From Alphaproteobacteria bacterium (GTDB taxonomy: Bacteria; Pseudomonadota; Alphaproteobacteria; MPNO01; UBA830), in contig OZ251539.1 of assembly GCA_965243135.1 (NCBI GenBank), positions 4,064,001 to 4,128,000 on the forward strand: 64,000 nt of DNA. Direction: 5' to 3'. The translations under genes were made by a program, and so were the position numbers. This document shows positions 9,200-18,444 of this stretch, piece after piece. Positions within the stretch are counted from its first letter, which is position 1, and every line of letters starts with the position of its first letter. The notes beneath the pieces are model-generated. The model was given only the letters and a program-made list of their open reading frames with translations. It was not told the DNA's origin and made no database searches.

Positions 9200-10651
9200 A
9201 TGACGCGCGCCCTTCTCGCCGCAATCGTGTTTCTCCCGCTGCTCGGCGGATGCGCGACCGACCCCACCACGGGCGGCGCGATCTTCACGGGCGGGATGTC
9301 GCAACAGGAAGAAATCCGCGTCGGTCGCCTGCACCATCCTGCGATCCTGAAGAGGTACGGGGGCGAGTACGGCGCGCCCGAGCTCAATCGGTACGTCGAG
9401 AGCCTCGGCCAGTTTCTGGCCAGCACCGCCGAACGGCCCGATCTGAAGTTCAAGTTCACCGTGCTCAACTCGGAGGAGGTGAACGCCTTTGCGACTCCGG
9501 GCGGCTACGTCTACGTGACCCGCGGCCTCATGGCGCTGGCCGACGACGAGGCCCAACTCGCGGCCGTGCTGGCCCACGAAATCGGCCACATCGCCGCGCG
9601 GCATCATGCGCAGCGCCGCGGGCAAACGCTTGTCGCCAACATCGGCCTCGGCGCTCTGGGCGCTCTCGGAGGCGGGGCCGCGGCGGATCTGGGGCAATTC
9701 GCGGCGGTCGGCATCCTGCGAGGCTTTTCTCGAGAGCACGAGCGCGAAGCCGACAGCCTGAGCCTGCGCTACATGACGCGGGCGGGATTCGATCCGGGAG
9801 CGATGGCCGAGTTCCTGCGCAAGCTTCGGGCGAACGCGCGCTTGACCAAAACGCTCCGCGGCGAATCGCCGGATTCGGTCGACCGTTTCGATTACTTCGC
9901 CACACATCCGGCTCCGGCGGAACGCATGGAACGCGCGGCGGAGATGGCGCGCGCCGCCGCGGTGAGAGACCCGGTAACCGGGCGCGACGTGTATCTCTCG
10001 AAGATCTCCGGAATGCTCTACGGCGGAGATCCGGAACAGGGTTTCGTTCGAGGGCGCGATTTTCTGCACCCGAAATTGCGTTTCGCGTTCCGGGTGCCGC
10101 CGGGCTTCAGCGTGCTCAATTCCAGAACGGCCGTGGCCGCCTTCGGTCCGGACGGCGCGCGCCTCGTGTTCGATCGCGCGCCGAAACCGTCGGACGGCCC
10201 CATGACGTTCTATCTGCGCGAAGTGTGGGGCCGAAACCTGCGACTCGAAAACCTCGAAACGATCGAGGCGAACGGTCTGGAGGCGGCGACCGCGGCAGCG
10301 CGGCGGCGCGTCGAAGGAAAGGACTACGACCTGCGGCTCGTCGCCTATCGCGCCGCTCCCGGAACCATATACCGTTTTCTCTTCCTGATTCCGCCGGGCG
10401 CTCCGGGGTCGTTGTCCACGGAATTGCGCCGGACCACCTACAGCTTCCGCCTCCTGAGCGCCGCCGAGGCGGCGCGGCTCAGGCCGCACAGACTGCGCGT
10501 CGTCACGGTCGCGCCGGGCGAAACCGTCGAAAGCCTCGCGCGCAGCCTGCCCTATGCGGATCATCAGGTGGAACGGTTCGAGATACTGAACGGAGTCAGC
10601 CGCGCCGAACGCTTGCGGCCGGGCCGCAGGCTCAAGACGGTAAGCGAATAG
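9200..10651 (+). CDS. M48 family zinc metalloprotease lipoprotein with C-terminal LysM-like region
   Basis: lipobox LLGGC; NAFATPGG, LAHEIGH, E-EAD, THP motifs. Confidence 0.9.
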   Translation: MTRALLAAIVFLPLLGGCATDPTTGGAIFTGGMSQQEEIRVGRLHHPAILKRYGGEYGAPELNRYVESLGQFLASTAERPDLKFKFTVLNSEEVNAFATPGGYVYVTRGLMALADDEAQLAAVLAHEIGHIAARHHAQRRGQTLVANIGLGALGALGGGAAADLGQFAAVGILRGFSREHEREADSLSLRYMTRAGFDPGAMAEFLRKLRANARLTKTLRGESPDSVDRFDYFATHPAPAERMERAAEMARAAAVRDPVTGRDVYLSKISGMLYGGDPEQGFVRGRDFLHPKLRFAFRVPPGFSVLNSRTAVAAFGPDGARLVFDRAPKPSDGPMTFYLREVWGRNLRLENLETIEANGLEAATAAARRRVEGKDYDLRLVAYRAAPGTIYRFLFLIPPGAPGSLSTELRRTTYSFRLLSAAEAARLRPHRLRVVTVAPGETVESLARSLPYADHQVERFEILNGVSRAERLRPGRRLKTVSE

Positions 10652-10668
10652 AGGACGCCCTTCGCGCT

Positions 10669-11256
10669 TCAACTTGCGAGAACGAGCTCGATCTTCTCCG
10701 CCGCGGAAGGGTGATCCAGCTTTTCGACCAGCGCGAACTCGTTCACGAGGCGCTCCAGGGCGGCTTCGTACATCTGACGCTCGCTGTAGGATTGTTCGGG
10801 CTGGTCCGGCGCCCGGTAAAGATCGCGCACAACCTCGGCGACCTTGATCGGATCGCCGCTGTTGATCTTCGCGTCGTATTCCTGAGCCCGTCGGCTCCAC
10901 ATGGTTCGCTTGACGCGGGCGCGCCCCTTGAGCGTGGTCATCACCGATCGCATGGTCTCTCTGGAACTGATCTTGCGCAACCCGGAATCGACCACCTTTT
11001 CGACGGGCACCCGAAGGGTCATCTTTTCCGAGGCGAAGACGATCACGAACAGGTGGAGATCGAACCCGGCGACCTTCCGGCGCTCGATCCCCGTCACCTT
11101 TCCGACCCCGTGGGTGGGGTAGACGACATAGTCGCCCTTGGCGAACGGCAGCTTCTTCTTGCTGCGGACCAGCGTCTTTTCCGCGGTTCGCGCCTTCCTG
11201 GACCGCGCTTTCGCGCGAGCCGGCCGGGACGCCGGTCTGGTGGTGGGTGTAGCCAT
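10669..11256 (-). CDS. carD: CarD family transcriptional regulator
   Basis: VVYPTHGVG, MWSRRAQEY-AKINSGD, QSYSERQ-YEAAL. Confidence 0.95.
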   Translation of the reverse strand: MATPTTRPASRPARAKARSRKARTAEKTLVRSKKKLPFAKGDYVVYPTHGVGKVTGIERRKVAGFDLHLFVIVFASEKMTLRVPVEKVVDSGLRKISSRETMRSVMTTLKGRARVKRTMWSRRAQEYDAKINSGDPIKVAEVVRDLYRAPDQPEQSYSERQMYEAALERLVNEFALVEKLDHPSAAEKIELVLAS

Positions 11257-11299
11257 CGCGTCCTCTTCCTTGCCGGAGCTCGCGCGGTCGCGCCGGCCG

Positions 11300-11638
11300 T
11301 CAGGCGCCCTGGCCCGGTTTCTCGCTGAAGTGTTCCGCGAACTTGTTGGGCACCTCGCGCCAATCGTCCGCGTCGGGCGGGGACTCGCCCTTGCGGGTGA
11401 TGTTGGGCCAGACTTCGGCGTACTTCCGGTTCAGTTCGACGAACTCCTCGGAGGTATCGTCCGTATCCGGATGAATCGCTTCGACCGGGCATTCCGGCTC
11501 GCAGACGCCGCAATCGATGCATTCGTCCGGATGGATCACAAGCATGTTTTCGCCCTCGTAGAAGCAATCCACCGGGCAGACCTCCACGCAGTCCATGAAT
11601 TTGCACTTGATGCACGACTCGTTGACGATGTACGTCAT
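11300..11638 (-). CDS. fdxA: 7Fe ferredoxin
   Basis: [43 protein letters not shown]. Confidence 0.95.
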   Translation of the reverse strand: MTYIVNESCIKCKFMDCVEVCPVDCFYEGENMLVIHPDECIDCGVCEPECPVEAIHPDTDDTSEEFVELNRKYAEVWPNITRKGESPPDADDWREVPNKFAEHFSEKPGQGA

Positions 11639-12016
11639 TCCACTCTCCGTCTCGCACTGTCAGGCGTTGTTCCCGAACGCCGGCCGCCGACGACAGGCCG
11701 ACCTGCTTTCCGGCAAACTAGTCTTTTTTGCGCAAGTGACCAACAGTTTTGTGCATCGAGGCGTTCGAGCCTCGCCGCCTTGCGCCGACCCGCTTCCGTC
11801 CGGCGCCCCGCGGTTCGCTCCGCCCGGCTCTCCGACGGCCCGAAGCGAGGCTCGCCGCCGCGCTCTCCGGCCGCGACCGGATCCCGTCGCCCTGCGCTGC
11901 CGTTCGCCGCGCCGGCGGCTTCCGGGCGGACGGCGGTTCCGGACCGGAAGATCCCGAGTCTTCCGCGCCGGGCGGGAAGAATATCCCGGGAAACCGTCCG
12001 CGCTTCGGAGCGCCGC

Positions 12017-12493
12017 TCAAGATCCCGCATTCTCGCGGTCGATGCGCGCCCGCACTCGCGACCTCGCGATTCCGCTGTCCCTGTCGTCGACGTAGATGAG
12101 GCCGGCGATCCGCCGCATGAGCTGCGCCTCGTGCGCCTCGACCACGCTGTCCGCGTAGACGACCTCCCACAGCATTTCCACGAGGTGCGTGCGCTCCTCG
12201 TAGGAAAAACCGTCCTTGATGGTTCGCGTGAAGCGCAGAAGCTGCACGGCCTCGCCGGCTTCGCGCTCGGCCGCCTCGATCAGCGCATGCGCTTCTTCGG
12301 CGGCGAGTTCGAAACGGTGCTCGCACAGCCACTCGATGCGGTCGCGCTCCGCGCGGTCGAATTCCCCGTCGACGGACGCGGCGTAGACCAGCAGCACGGC
12401 GGCGGCCAGGTGGAATTCGTCCGGCGTATGGCCTTCGTGACCCGCGGCGGCGGGCCGCTTATCCTCGAAGAATGACAGGAACCTGTCGAACAT
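12017..12493 (-). CDS. TerB family protein
   Basis: LAAAVLLV-AASVDG-FD--E; EMLWEVVYAD; E-QLMRRIAGL. Confidence 0.85.
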   Translation of the reverse strand: MFDRFLSFFEDKRPAAAGHEGHTPDEFHLAAAVLLVYAASVDGEFDRAERDRIEWLCEHRFELAAEEAHALIEAAEREAGEAVQLLRFTRTIKDGFSYEERTHLVEMLWEVVYADSVVEAHEAQLMRRIAGLIYVDDRDSGIARSRVRARIDRENAGS

Positions 12494-12539
12494 GGCGTGC
12501 TCCGCGCCTCCCGTCGGGGCGCCCGCGAGCGGAAGGCGT

Positions 12540-13187
12540 ATGAGCAAAATACCTGAAAACGCGCTTCATTTCCCGGCGACGCGCAGGAACCGGGATCCCA
12601 TCTCCGCGATTCTCGCCGACGTCCTGCCGGCGTCGGGCCTGGTGCTCGAGATCGCCAGCGGTTCCGGAGAGCACGCCGTTCATTTTTCTCGGCGGTTCCC
12701 GGCGCTGACCTGGCAACCCAGCGATCCGGACCCGGACAACCTCGCCAGCATCCGGGCGTGGGCGGAAGCGCAGCGGCCCGCGAACCTGTTGCCGCCGCTT
12801 CCGATAGACGCGTCGGACGAACGGCTGCCCCTGGACGGCGCGGACGCCGTGGTCTGCATCAACATGATCCATATCGCCCCGTGGGACGCCACCGCAGGCC
12901 TGATGCGAAACGCGGCCAGGCTGCTTCCGGCGCAGGGCCCGCTTTACCTGTACGGCCCCTTCATGCTCGACGGCGCGCACACCGCGCCGTCGAACGAAGC
13001 GTTCGACCGGCAACTTCGCCGGCAGGACAGCGCCTGGGGCGTCCGCGACCTCCGGGAGGTGACGGCCGAGGCGCAGCGTAACGGACTGCATCCGGCCGGC
13101 GTTTTCGAGATGCCCGCGAACAACCTCTCCGTGGTGTTCCGCAAGGCCGGCGGCCGGCTTCACGAGGCGCCGTCCACGCTTAAATAA
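12540..13187 (+). CDS. DUF938 family SAM-dependent methyltransferase
   Basis: RNRDPI, VLEIASGSGEH, INMIHIAPW, LYGPF, MPANN. Confidence 0.9.
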   Translation: MSKIPENALHFPATRRNRDPISAILADVLPASGLVLEIASGSGEHAVHFSRRFPALTWQPSDPDPDNLASIRAWAEAQRPANLLPPLPIDASDERLPLDGADAVVCINMIHIAPWDATAGLMRNAARLLPAQGPLYLYGPFMLDGAHTAPSNEAFDRQLRRQDSAWGVRDLREVTAEAQRNGLHPAGVFEMPANNLSVVFRKAGGRLHEAPSTLK

Positions 13188-13444
13188 AGGGAGCGCGCCT
13201 CGACGGAGGGTCCGCGCCGCGTCCCGAGCGATTCCACTCGAACGACCTGCACGGTCCCGGCCGCAGGGATCGTCAGAACGTCGCCGACGCGCACCGGATA
13301 GTGGGCTTTCCGAACGATTCGTCCGCCGACCCTGATCTTGCCGGCGTCGCATGTCCTGCTCGCGAGGCTGCGGCTCTTGAAGAAGCGGGCGCGCCAGAGC
13401 CATTTGTCGAGTCGAAGGGTCGGGTTTTCGACGGGCGGGTTCAC
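13160..13444 (-). CDS. S4-domain RNA-binding protein (Hsp15-like)
   Basis: RLDKWLWRARFFKSRSLA, RRGP--EAR-LY; GTGA overlap with the helicase stop. Confidence 0.9.
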   Translation of the reverse strand: MNPPVENPTLRLDKWLWRARFFKSRSLASRTCDAGKIRVGGRIVRKAHYPVRVGDVLTIPAAGTVQVVRVESLGTRRGPSVEARSLYLSVDGAS

Positions 13445-15864
13445 GAAAGCCGGAGTTCCCGAAGCTTCGCGAAGGGCGAATCCGAAGAAGGCTGCCGGTC
13501 GCGCCGCCCGCCCGGCCGGCGAACGGCGGCCGGGCGGTCCGCCCGCTTCCACGCCATTCCGTTTTCCGTGTCGCGGGAAGCGTAGCCGAGCGCTTCGAAC
13601 ACGGGCCGCGCCGCGTCCATGGACAGTCCGAGGAGATTGAGTTGCGCCGCGCCGATATCGAGCTTGCCCTCGCGCGACTGCCGCTGCAGATCGACCGCGA
13701 CCCGATCGAGAACGTCGATCCGAACCGCCCGTTCGCCGATTACCCTGTAGCCGCAGGCTTCGAGGAAGCCGGCGGGCGGGTCCGCCGGCACGGTGACGAG
13801 GCCGGCGGCGGGCGGCTCCCGAGGCGTCAGCGCCGCATCGACGGACCAGAGCAGCGCGCGCCACGCGACCGCCGCGGGCTTGACCAGCGACGGGACGAAA
13901 ACGGTCTCCGCGCCGAACCGGACGCCGCAGGAACGCAGCGCGGCGCGATCCTCCCGGGAAAGTTCCCGGACTTCGCGCGCGACGGATCGCCTCGGGACCG
14001 ACCCCAGGCCCTCGACGATGCGGTAGGCGATCCCGCGCGCGAGGCCGCGGAGTTCGGCGGCGCGGAGCGCCTCGAGAGGCGCCAGCGCTTCGGAAACGCG
14101 CGCGCCTGTCCAATCGGACAGGCGGCGGCGCACCGTCTCCTGCAAGGCCGCGCTCAGGTATTCCCCCGGCAGGAGCCTTATCGTCGGCGACAGAATGTCC
14201 GCCCCTTTCGTCAGCCGCGCGACGGCCGCGCCCGACCAGGAAAGGACGCCGTTCGCGGAGACCGCGAAGTCCGAATCCGGAGCCGCCGCGAGAGCGGCCG
14301 CGCGGGCCTCGATCTCGCGGCGCAGCGCGCCCGTCGGCGCGCCCGTCCCCGAGTCGTCGGCGACGAACCGGAATCCTTCGACGCGTCCGACGCGCTCGCC
14401 GCCCACGGCGACCTCGCCGTCTCCGCCCACCGTCGCTTCTCGCCGCGCGGCGGCGCGGCGGTCGACGAAGCGGCGGGTCAGACTGTCGTGGAGCGCGTCG
14501 GACAGTTTGTCCTCGAGGTCCCGCGTCCTGGCCTGCCAGGTCTCGGCGTCCGCAATCCATTCGGAACGGTACGAGATGTAGGTCCATGTCCGGACGTGGG
14601 CGATCCGGGCCATCAGCGTGTCGATGTCGCCGTCCGTTCTGTCGAGCGGAGCGATCTGCGCCGCCACCCAGTCGGCGGGAAGGCGGCCGCCGTCGCCGAG
14701 GTGGCGGAATATGCGGCCGAGCAAGACTGCATGAACGTCAGGCGTCGTCTTTCGGAAATCCGGAATCCGGCACACGTCCCACAGCAGCCGCACCGTATCG
14801 GGCGAAGAGGCGCGTCGGGCGAGCTCGGGATCGCGCGCCAGATGCGCCAGCGCGATCTGGTCGTCCGCCTCGCGGCCGCGCTCCAGTCCGGGCGCGGACG
14901 GCGGACGTTCCAGCGACCTGCGGAGCGCCGCCACGGAGCCGAAATCGAGATCGGCGTTGCGCCAGGAAACGCCGGCGATCGGATCGAACCGGTGCTCCTC
15001 CACCGCCGCCACGAGTTCGTCCTCGAAGGAGCCGATCTCCGCGATCGGTCCGAACGTGCCGTCGGAGAGGTGCCGGCCGGCCCGGCCGGCGATTTGCGCG
15101 ATCTCCGCCATCGCGAGGCGGCGGTAGGCGCGGCCGTCGAACTTGCGGATCCCGGCGAAGGCGACGTGATCGATCCTCATGTTGAGGCCCATGCCGATCG
15201 CGTCGGTCGCGACCAGAAAATCCACGTCGCCGTTCTGGTACAATTCCACCTGCGCGTTGCGCGTCCGGGGGCTCAGCGCGCCCAGCACGACCGCGGCGCC
15301 GCCGCGCCGGCGCATCAGTTCGGCGATGGCGTAAATCTCGTTGACGGAGAACGCGACGACGGCGCTGCGCCGCGGCAGCCGCGTGATCTTGCGCGGGCCG
15401 GCGTAGCTCAGCCTGGAAAGCCGCGGACGGCTCACGTGTTCGACGCCGGGCGCCAGCGACCGGATCAGCGGCCCCATGCTCGCGGCGCCGAGGAACATGG
15501 TTTCGCGGCGTCCGCGGGCGCGCAGCAGGCGATCCGTGAATACGTGGCCGCGCTCGGGGTCGGCGCACATCTGGATCTCGTCGACCGCGAGGAAATCCAC
15601 CTCCCGGCCGACGGGCATGGCCTCGACGGTGCAAAGGAAATAGTTCGCGCGGGGCGGAACGATCTTCTCTTCGCCGGTGACGAGCGCGGTCCGCGCCCTT
15701 CCCCGGAGAGCGACGACCCGGTCGTAGTTCTCGCGCGCAAGCAGGCGCAGCGGAAAACCGATCATGCCGGAATCGTAATCGAGCATCCGGTCAATCGCGT
15801 GATGCGTCTTGCCGGTGTTCGTGGGGCCGAGAACAGCCGTCAGGCGGGGCAGCCGGGCGGACAT
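13441..15864 (-). CDS. SUV3/MgpS-like SF2 helicase
   Basis: LGPTNTGKT, VDEIQ, VATDAIGMGLN, QIAGRAGR, C-terminal DSPFAKL. Confidence 0.9.
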   Translation of the reverse strand: MSARLPRLTAVLGPTNTGKTHHAIDRMLDYDSGMIGFPLRLLARENYDRVVALRGRARTALVTGEEKIVPPRANYFLCTVEAMPVGREVDFLAVDEIQMCADPERGHVFTDRLLRARGRRETMFLGAASMGPLIRSLAPGVEHVSRPRLSRLSYAGPRKITRLPRRSAVVAFSVNEIYAIAELMRRRGGAAVVLGALSPRTRNAQVELYQNGDVDFLVATDAIGMGLNMRIDHVAFAGIRKFDGRAYRRLAMAEIAQIAGRAGRHLSDGTFGPIAEIGSFEDELVAAVEEHRFDPIAGVSWRNADLDFGSVAALRRSLERPPSAPGLERGREADDQIALAHLARDPELARRASSPDTVRLLWDVCRIPDFRKTTPDVHAVLLGRIFRHLGDGGRLPADWVAAQIAPLDRTDGDIDTLMARIAHVRTWTYISYRSEWIADAETWQARTRDLEDKLSDALHDSLTRRFVDRRAAARREATVGGDGEVAVGGERVGRVEGFRFVADDSGTGAPTGALRREIEARAAALAAAPDSDFAVSANGVLSWSGAAVARLTKGADILSPTIRLLPGEYLSAALQETVRRRLSDWTGARVSEALAPLEALRAAELRGLARGIAYRIVEGLGSVPRRSVAREVRELSREDRAALRSCGVRFGAETVFVPSLVKPAAVAWRALLWSVDAALTPREPPAAGLVTVPADPPAGFLEACGYRVIGERAVRIDVLDRVAVDLQRQSREGKLDIGAAQLNLLGLSMDAARPVFEALGYASRDTENGMAWKRADRPAAVRRPGGRRDRQPSSDSPFAKLRELRLS

Positions 15865-16248
15865 GCCGATAGAATGGCCGCCGCGGCGGCGGCTGGCAAG
15901 CGACCTTTGCGCCGTTCGCGGCGCTTACGGAAAGTTTTTTTGAGCGTCCCGAATTCCCTCGTCCCGATTCGGGCGGGACAACTTTTCCGGTCCGGAAACG
16001 CCGTTCCCGCTCCGAGCCGCCTGTCCGACGCCTCCCCTGCGGCGAACGGGCGCGCGGAGCGAAACCTGCCGCCGACCGCGACGCAGGCGACCCTCTCTCG
16101 CGAGGGCGGTGCGGACTGGCCGGCGAGCCGCAGTCGGGACAGCTGGAGGCATTCGCTGCGGGAAGGGCGTTCTCGTTCGGCCAACCTTCGCGCCCGGAGC
16201 GCCGCCCAATCCCTCGTCGTTTCAGGAGAACCCGCCGATCGACAGCCT

Positions 16249-17424
16249 CTACGCCGCATCGAACGCCGAAAGCGATCCCAGCGCATTCAGGACCAGATTG
16301 GCCGCGGTTTCGATGTCTTCGTCCGTAGTGAAGCGGCCGAAGCTGAACCGAATGGAAGAATCGCATTGCAACGCCGCGAGGCCCAAGGCCCGGAGCACGT
16401 GCGACGGTTCGGGAATTCCGGTGGCGCAGGCCGCGCCGGTGGCCGCCGCGAGCCGAGGCTGAAGCGCGCCAAGAATGTCCCGGGCGTCGAAACCGTCGAA
16501 CCTGACGTTGGCGTTGCCTGGATGTCGGCTTTCGCCGCTCGCGCCGTTGAGGACGGCGGAGGGATGTCCGTTCCGCAGGCGCGCCACGAACGAATCCCTC
16601 CGCCGTTCCGTACGGGATCGTTCCTTCGACGCCTCCGGACTTCGCGCGAGGTCGGCCGCCGCCGCCATACCGACGCACAAAGGAACCGGAAGCGTTCCGG
16701 AGCGCAATCCCTCCTGTTGCCCGCCTCCGTAGATCAACGGCTCCACGCGATCATGCAAATCGCGCCGAATGCGCAAAGCGCCGATGCCCTGCGGGCCGTA
16801 CATTTTGTGTCCCGAGAGACTCACGAGGTCGGCGTGACCGGCGAGGCCGCTTACGTCCACCGCGGACGGCGCCTGCGCGGCATCGCAATGAAGAGGAATG
16901 CCGCGCTGCGCGAGCAGAGCGGATATCCTCGGCACGTCCTGTATCGTCCCTACTTCGTTGTTGACCGCCATTACGGAAACCACCAGCACGTCGTCATCGA
17001 GCATCCGCTCCAGGCAGCCGAGATCCAAAAACCCTTCGCGGTCCACCGGTATCGTTTCGAACGAAAATCCCTCGCGCTCCGAAAGCGAACGGGCGGCCGC
17101 AAGCACGCATTTGTGCTCGATCGCCGATGCCAGGATGCGCTTGCGTCCCGCGGGCGCCCGCCGCGCTAGGCCAAGCAGCGCCAGGTTGTTGGATTCCGTG
17201 GCCCCGGACGTGAAGACGATCTCGTCGGCGTCGGCGCCGATCAACGCCGCGACCGCTTCCGCCGCTTCCCGCACCGCCTTGTCCGCTTGCCAGCCGACCG
17301 CGTGATCGATCGAATGCGGGTTGCCGAACGATTCGCTCCAATACGGCACCATCCTGTCCGCGACGCGCGGGTCGAGAGGCGTGGTTGCCTGATAATCGGC
17401 GTATATCGTTACGTTTTCGGCCAC
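16249..17424 (-). CDS. cysteine desulfurase (IscS/DndA/SspA-like)
   Basis: YADYQATTP, FGNPHS, FTSGATESNN, HCDAAQ, SGHKMYGPQG (PLP lysine), ATGAACATG (catalytic Cys); start codon uncertain. Confidence 0.9.
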   Translation of the reverse strand: MAENVTIYADYQATTPLDPRVADRMVPYWSESFGNPHSIDHAVGWQADKAVREAAEAVAALIGADADEIVFTSGATESNNLALLGLARRAPAGRKRILASAIEHKCVLAAARSLSEREGFSFETIPVDREGFLDLGCLERMLDDDVLVVSVMAVNNEVGTIQDVPRISALLAQRGIPLHCDAAQAPSAVDVSGLAGHADLVSLSGHKMYGPQGIGALRIRRDLHDRVEPLIYGGGQQEGLRSGTLPVPLCVGMAAAADLARSPEASKERSRTERRRDSFVARLRNGHPSAVLNGASGESRHPGNANVRFDGFDARDILGALQPRLAAATGAACATGIPEPSHVLRALGLAALQCDSSIRFSFGRFTTDEDIETAANLVLNALGSLSAFDAA

Positions 17425-17520
17425 GGCAGGGGCGCATTCCGATTGCCGACGGGGTTTTTGACGATACCCTGCCCATGGGCTATTGTCGAACTGGAGGGAT
17501 CGTCCAGAGCGGGGATGTAG

Positions 17521-18444
17521 ATGCTGAGGGGGCCACTCCATGCCGACGGCTACCGTCCGCAACTTTCCGGCCACGAAACGTTCCCTCTGCGGTACGGATG
17601 GCTCAAGAAGGCGGTCGATGCGGCCTCGGCGGATTCGCGCGACAACCGCGACAAGTCGATTTTCCTTTCGGACGACGCGATCGCCCGCCTGGGCGTCGGC
17701 AAGAACATGGTCGCGTCAATGCGCCATTGGGCGACGGCGGCGGGCATGATCGAAGAAAGACGCGGCAAGATCGCGACCACGCCCCTCGGAAAGCGGATAT
17801 TCGGTCCCCGCGGGCTGGATCCGTACATGGAGAATCCCGCCACGTGCTGGCTCGTTCACTGGCGGCTTTGCAGCAACGACCGCAAAACGACCTGGTTCTG
17901 GGCGTTCAATCACTATCCTGCGGCATCGTTCGAGCGAGACGCTCTGGTCCAGGGAATAGAAAAACTCTCCAGAGACCGAGGCTGGCGCAGGACGGCGATT
18001 TCCACCATCAGAAGCGACGTCGCCTGCTTCGTGCGGACCTACGCGTCCTTGCCGTCTTCCAGGAAGGACAGCTACGAAGAGACTCTGGAGTCGCCGCTGG
18101 CCGAGCTCGGGCTCGTTCGGCCGATCGGAAAACGGGACGGATTTCGGTTCGTGCGCGGACGGAAACCGTCTCTTGGAAGCGGAGTCTTTTGCTTCGCACT
18201 CACCGAATCCTGGCCCTCGGAGTCGCAGACCCTTGCCTTCGAAACGCTGGCTCACGAGCCCGGCTTCCCCGGGCGGGTGTTCCAACTTGACGAGAACGAC
18301 CTGGCTGACCGGCTTTCCGATATCGAGGAAACGAGCGGCGGCCGCTACGCTTGGTCGGAAACGGCCGGCCTGAAGCAGGTGCTTCGCAAGCGTCCGGTGA
18401 GCGAAGCGGAAGCGCTTCTCTTCCTCGAAGCGGACTATACGTAA
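17521..18444 (+). CDS. DUF4007 family protein (SspB-like)
   Basis: SGHETFPLRYGWLKK, LGVGKNMVASMRHW, DPYMENPAT-WL-HW, ESPLAELGL, WSETAGLKQ. Confidence 0.85.
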   Translation: MLRGPLHADGYRPQLSGHETFPLRYGWLKKAVDAASADSRDNRDKSIFLSDDAIARLGVGKNMVASMRHWATAAGMIEERRGKIATTPLGKRIFGPRGLDPYMENPATCWLVHWRLCSNDRKTTWFWAFNHYPAASFERDALVQGIEKLSRDRGWRRTAISTIRSDVACFVRTYASLPSSRKDSYEETLESPLAELGLVRPIGKRDGFRFVRGRKPSLGSGVFCFALTESWPSESQTLAFETLAHEPGFPGRVFQLDENDLADRLSDIEETSGGRYAWSETAGLKQVLRKRPVSEAEALLFLEADYT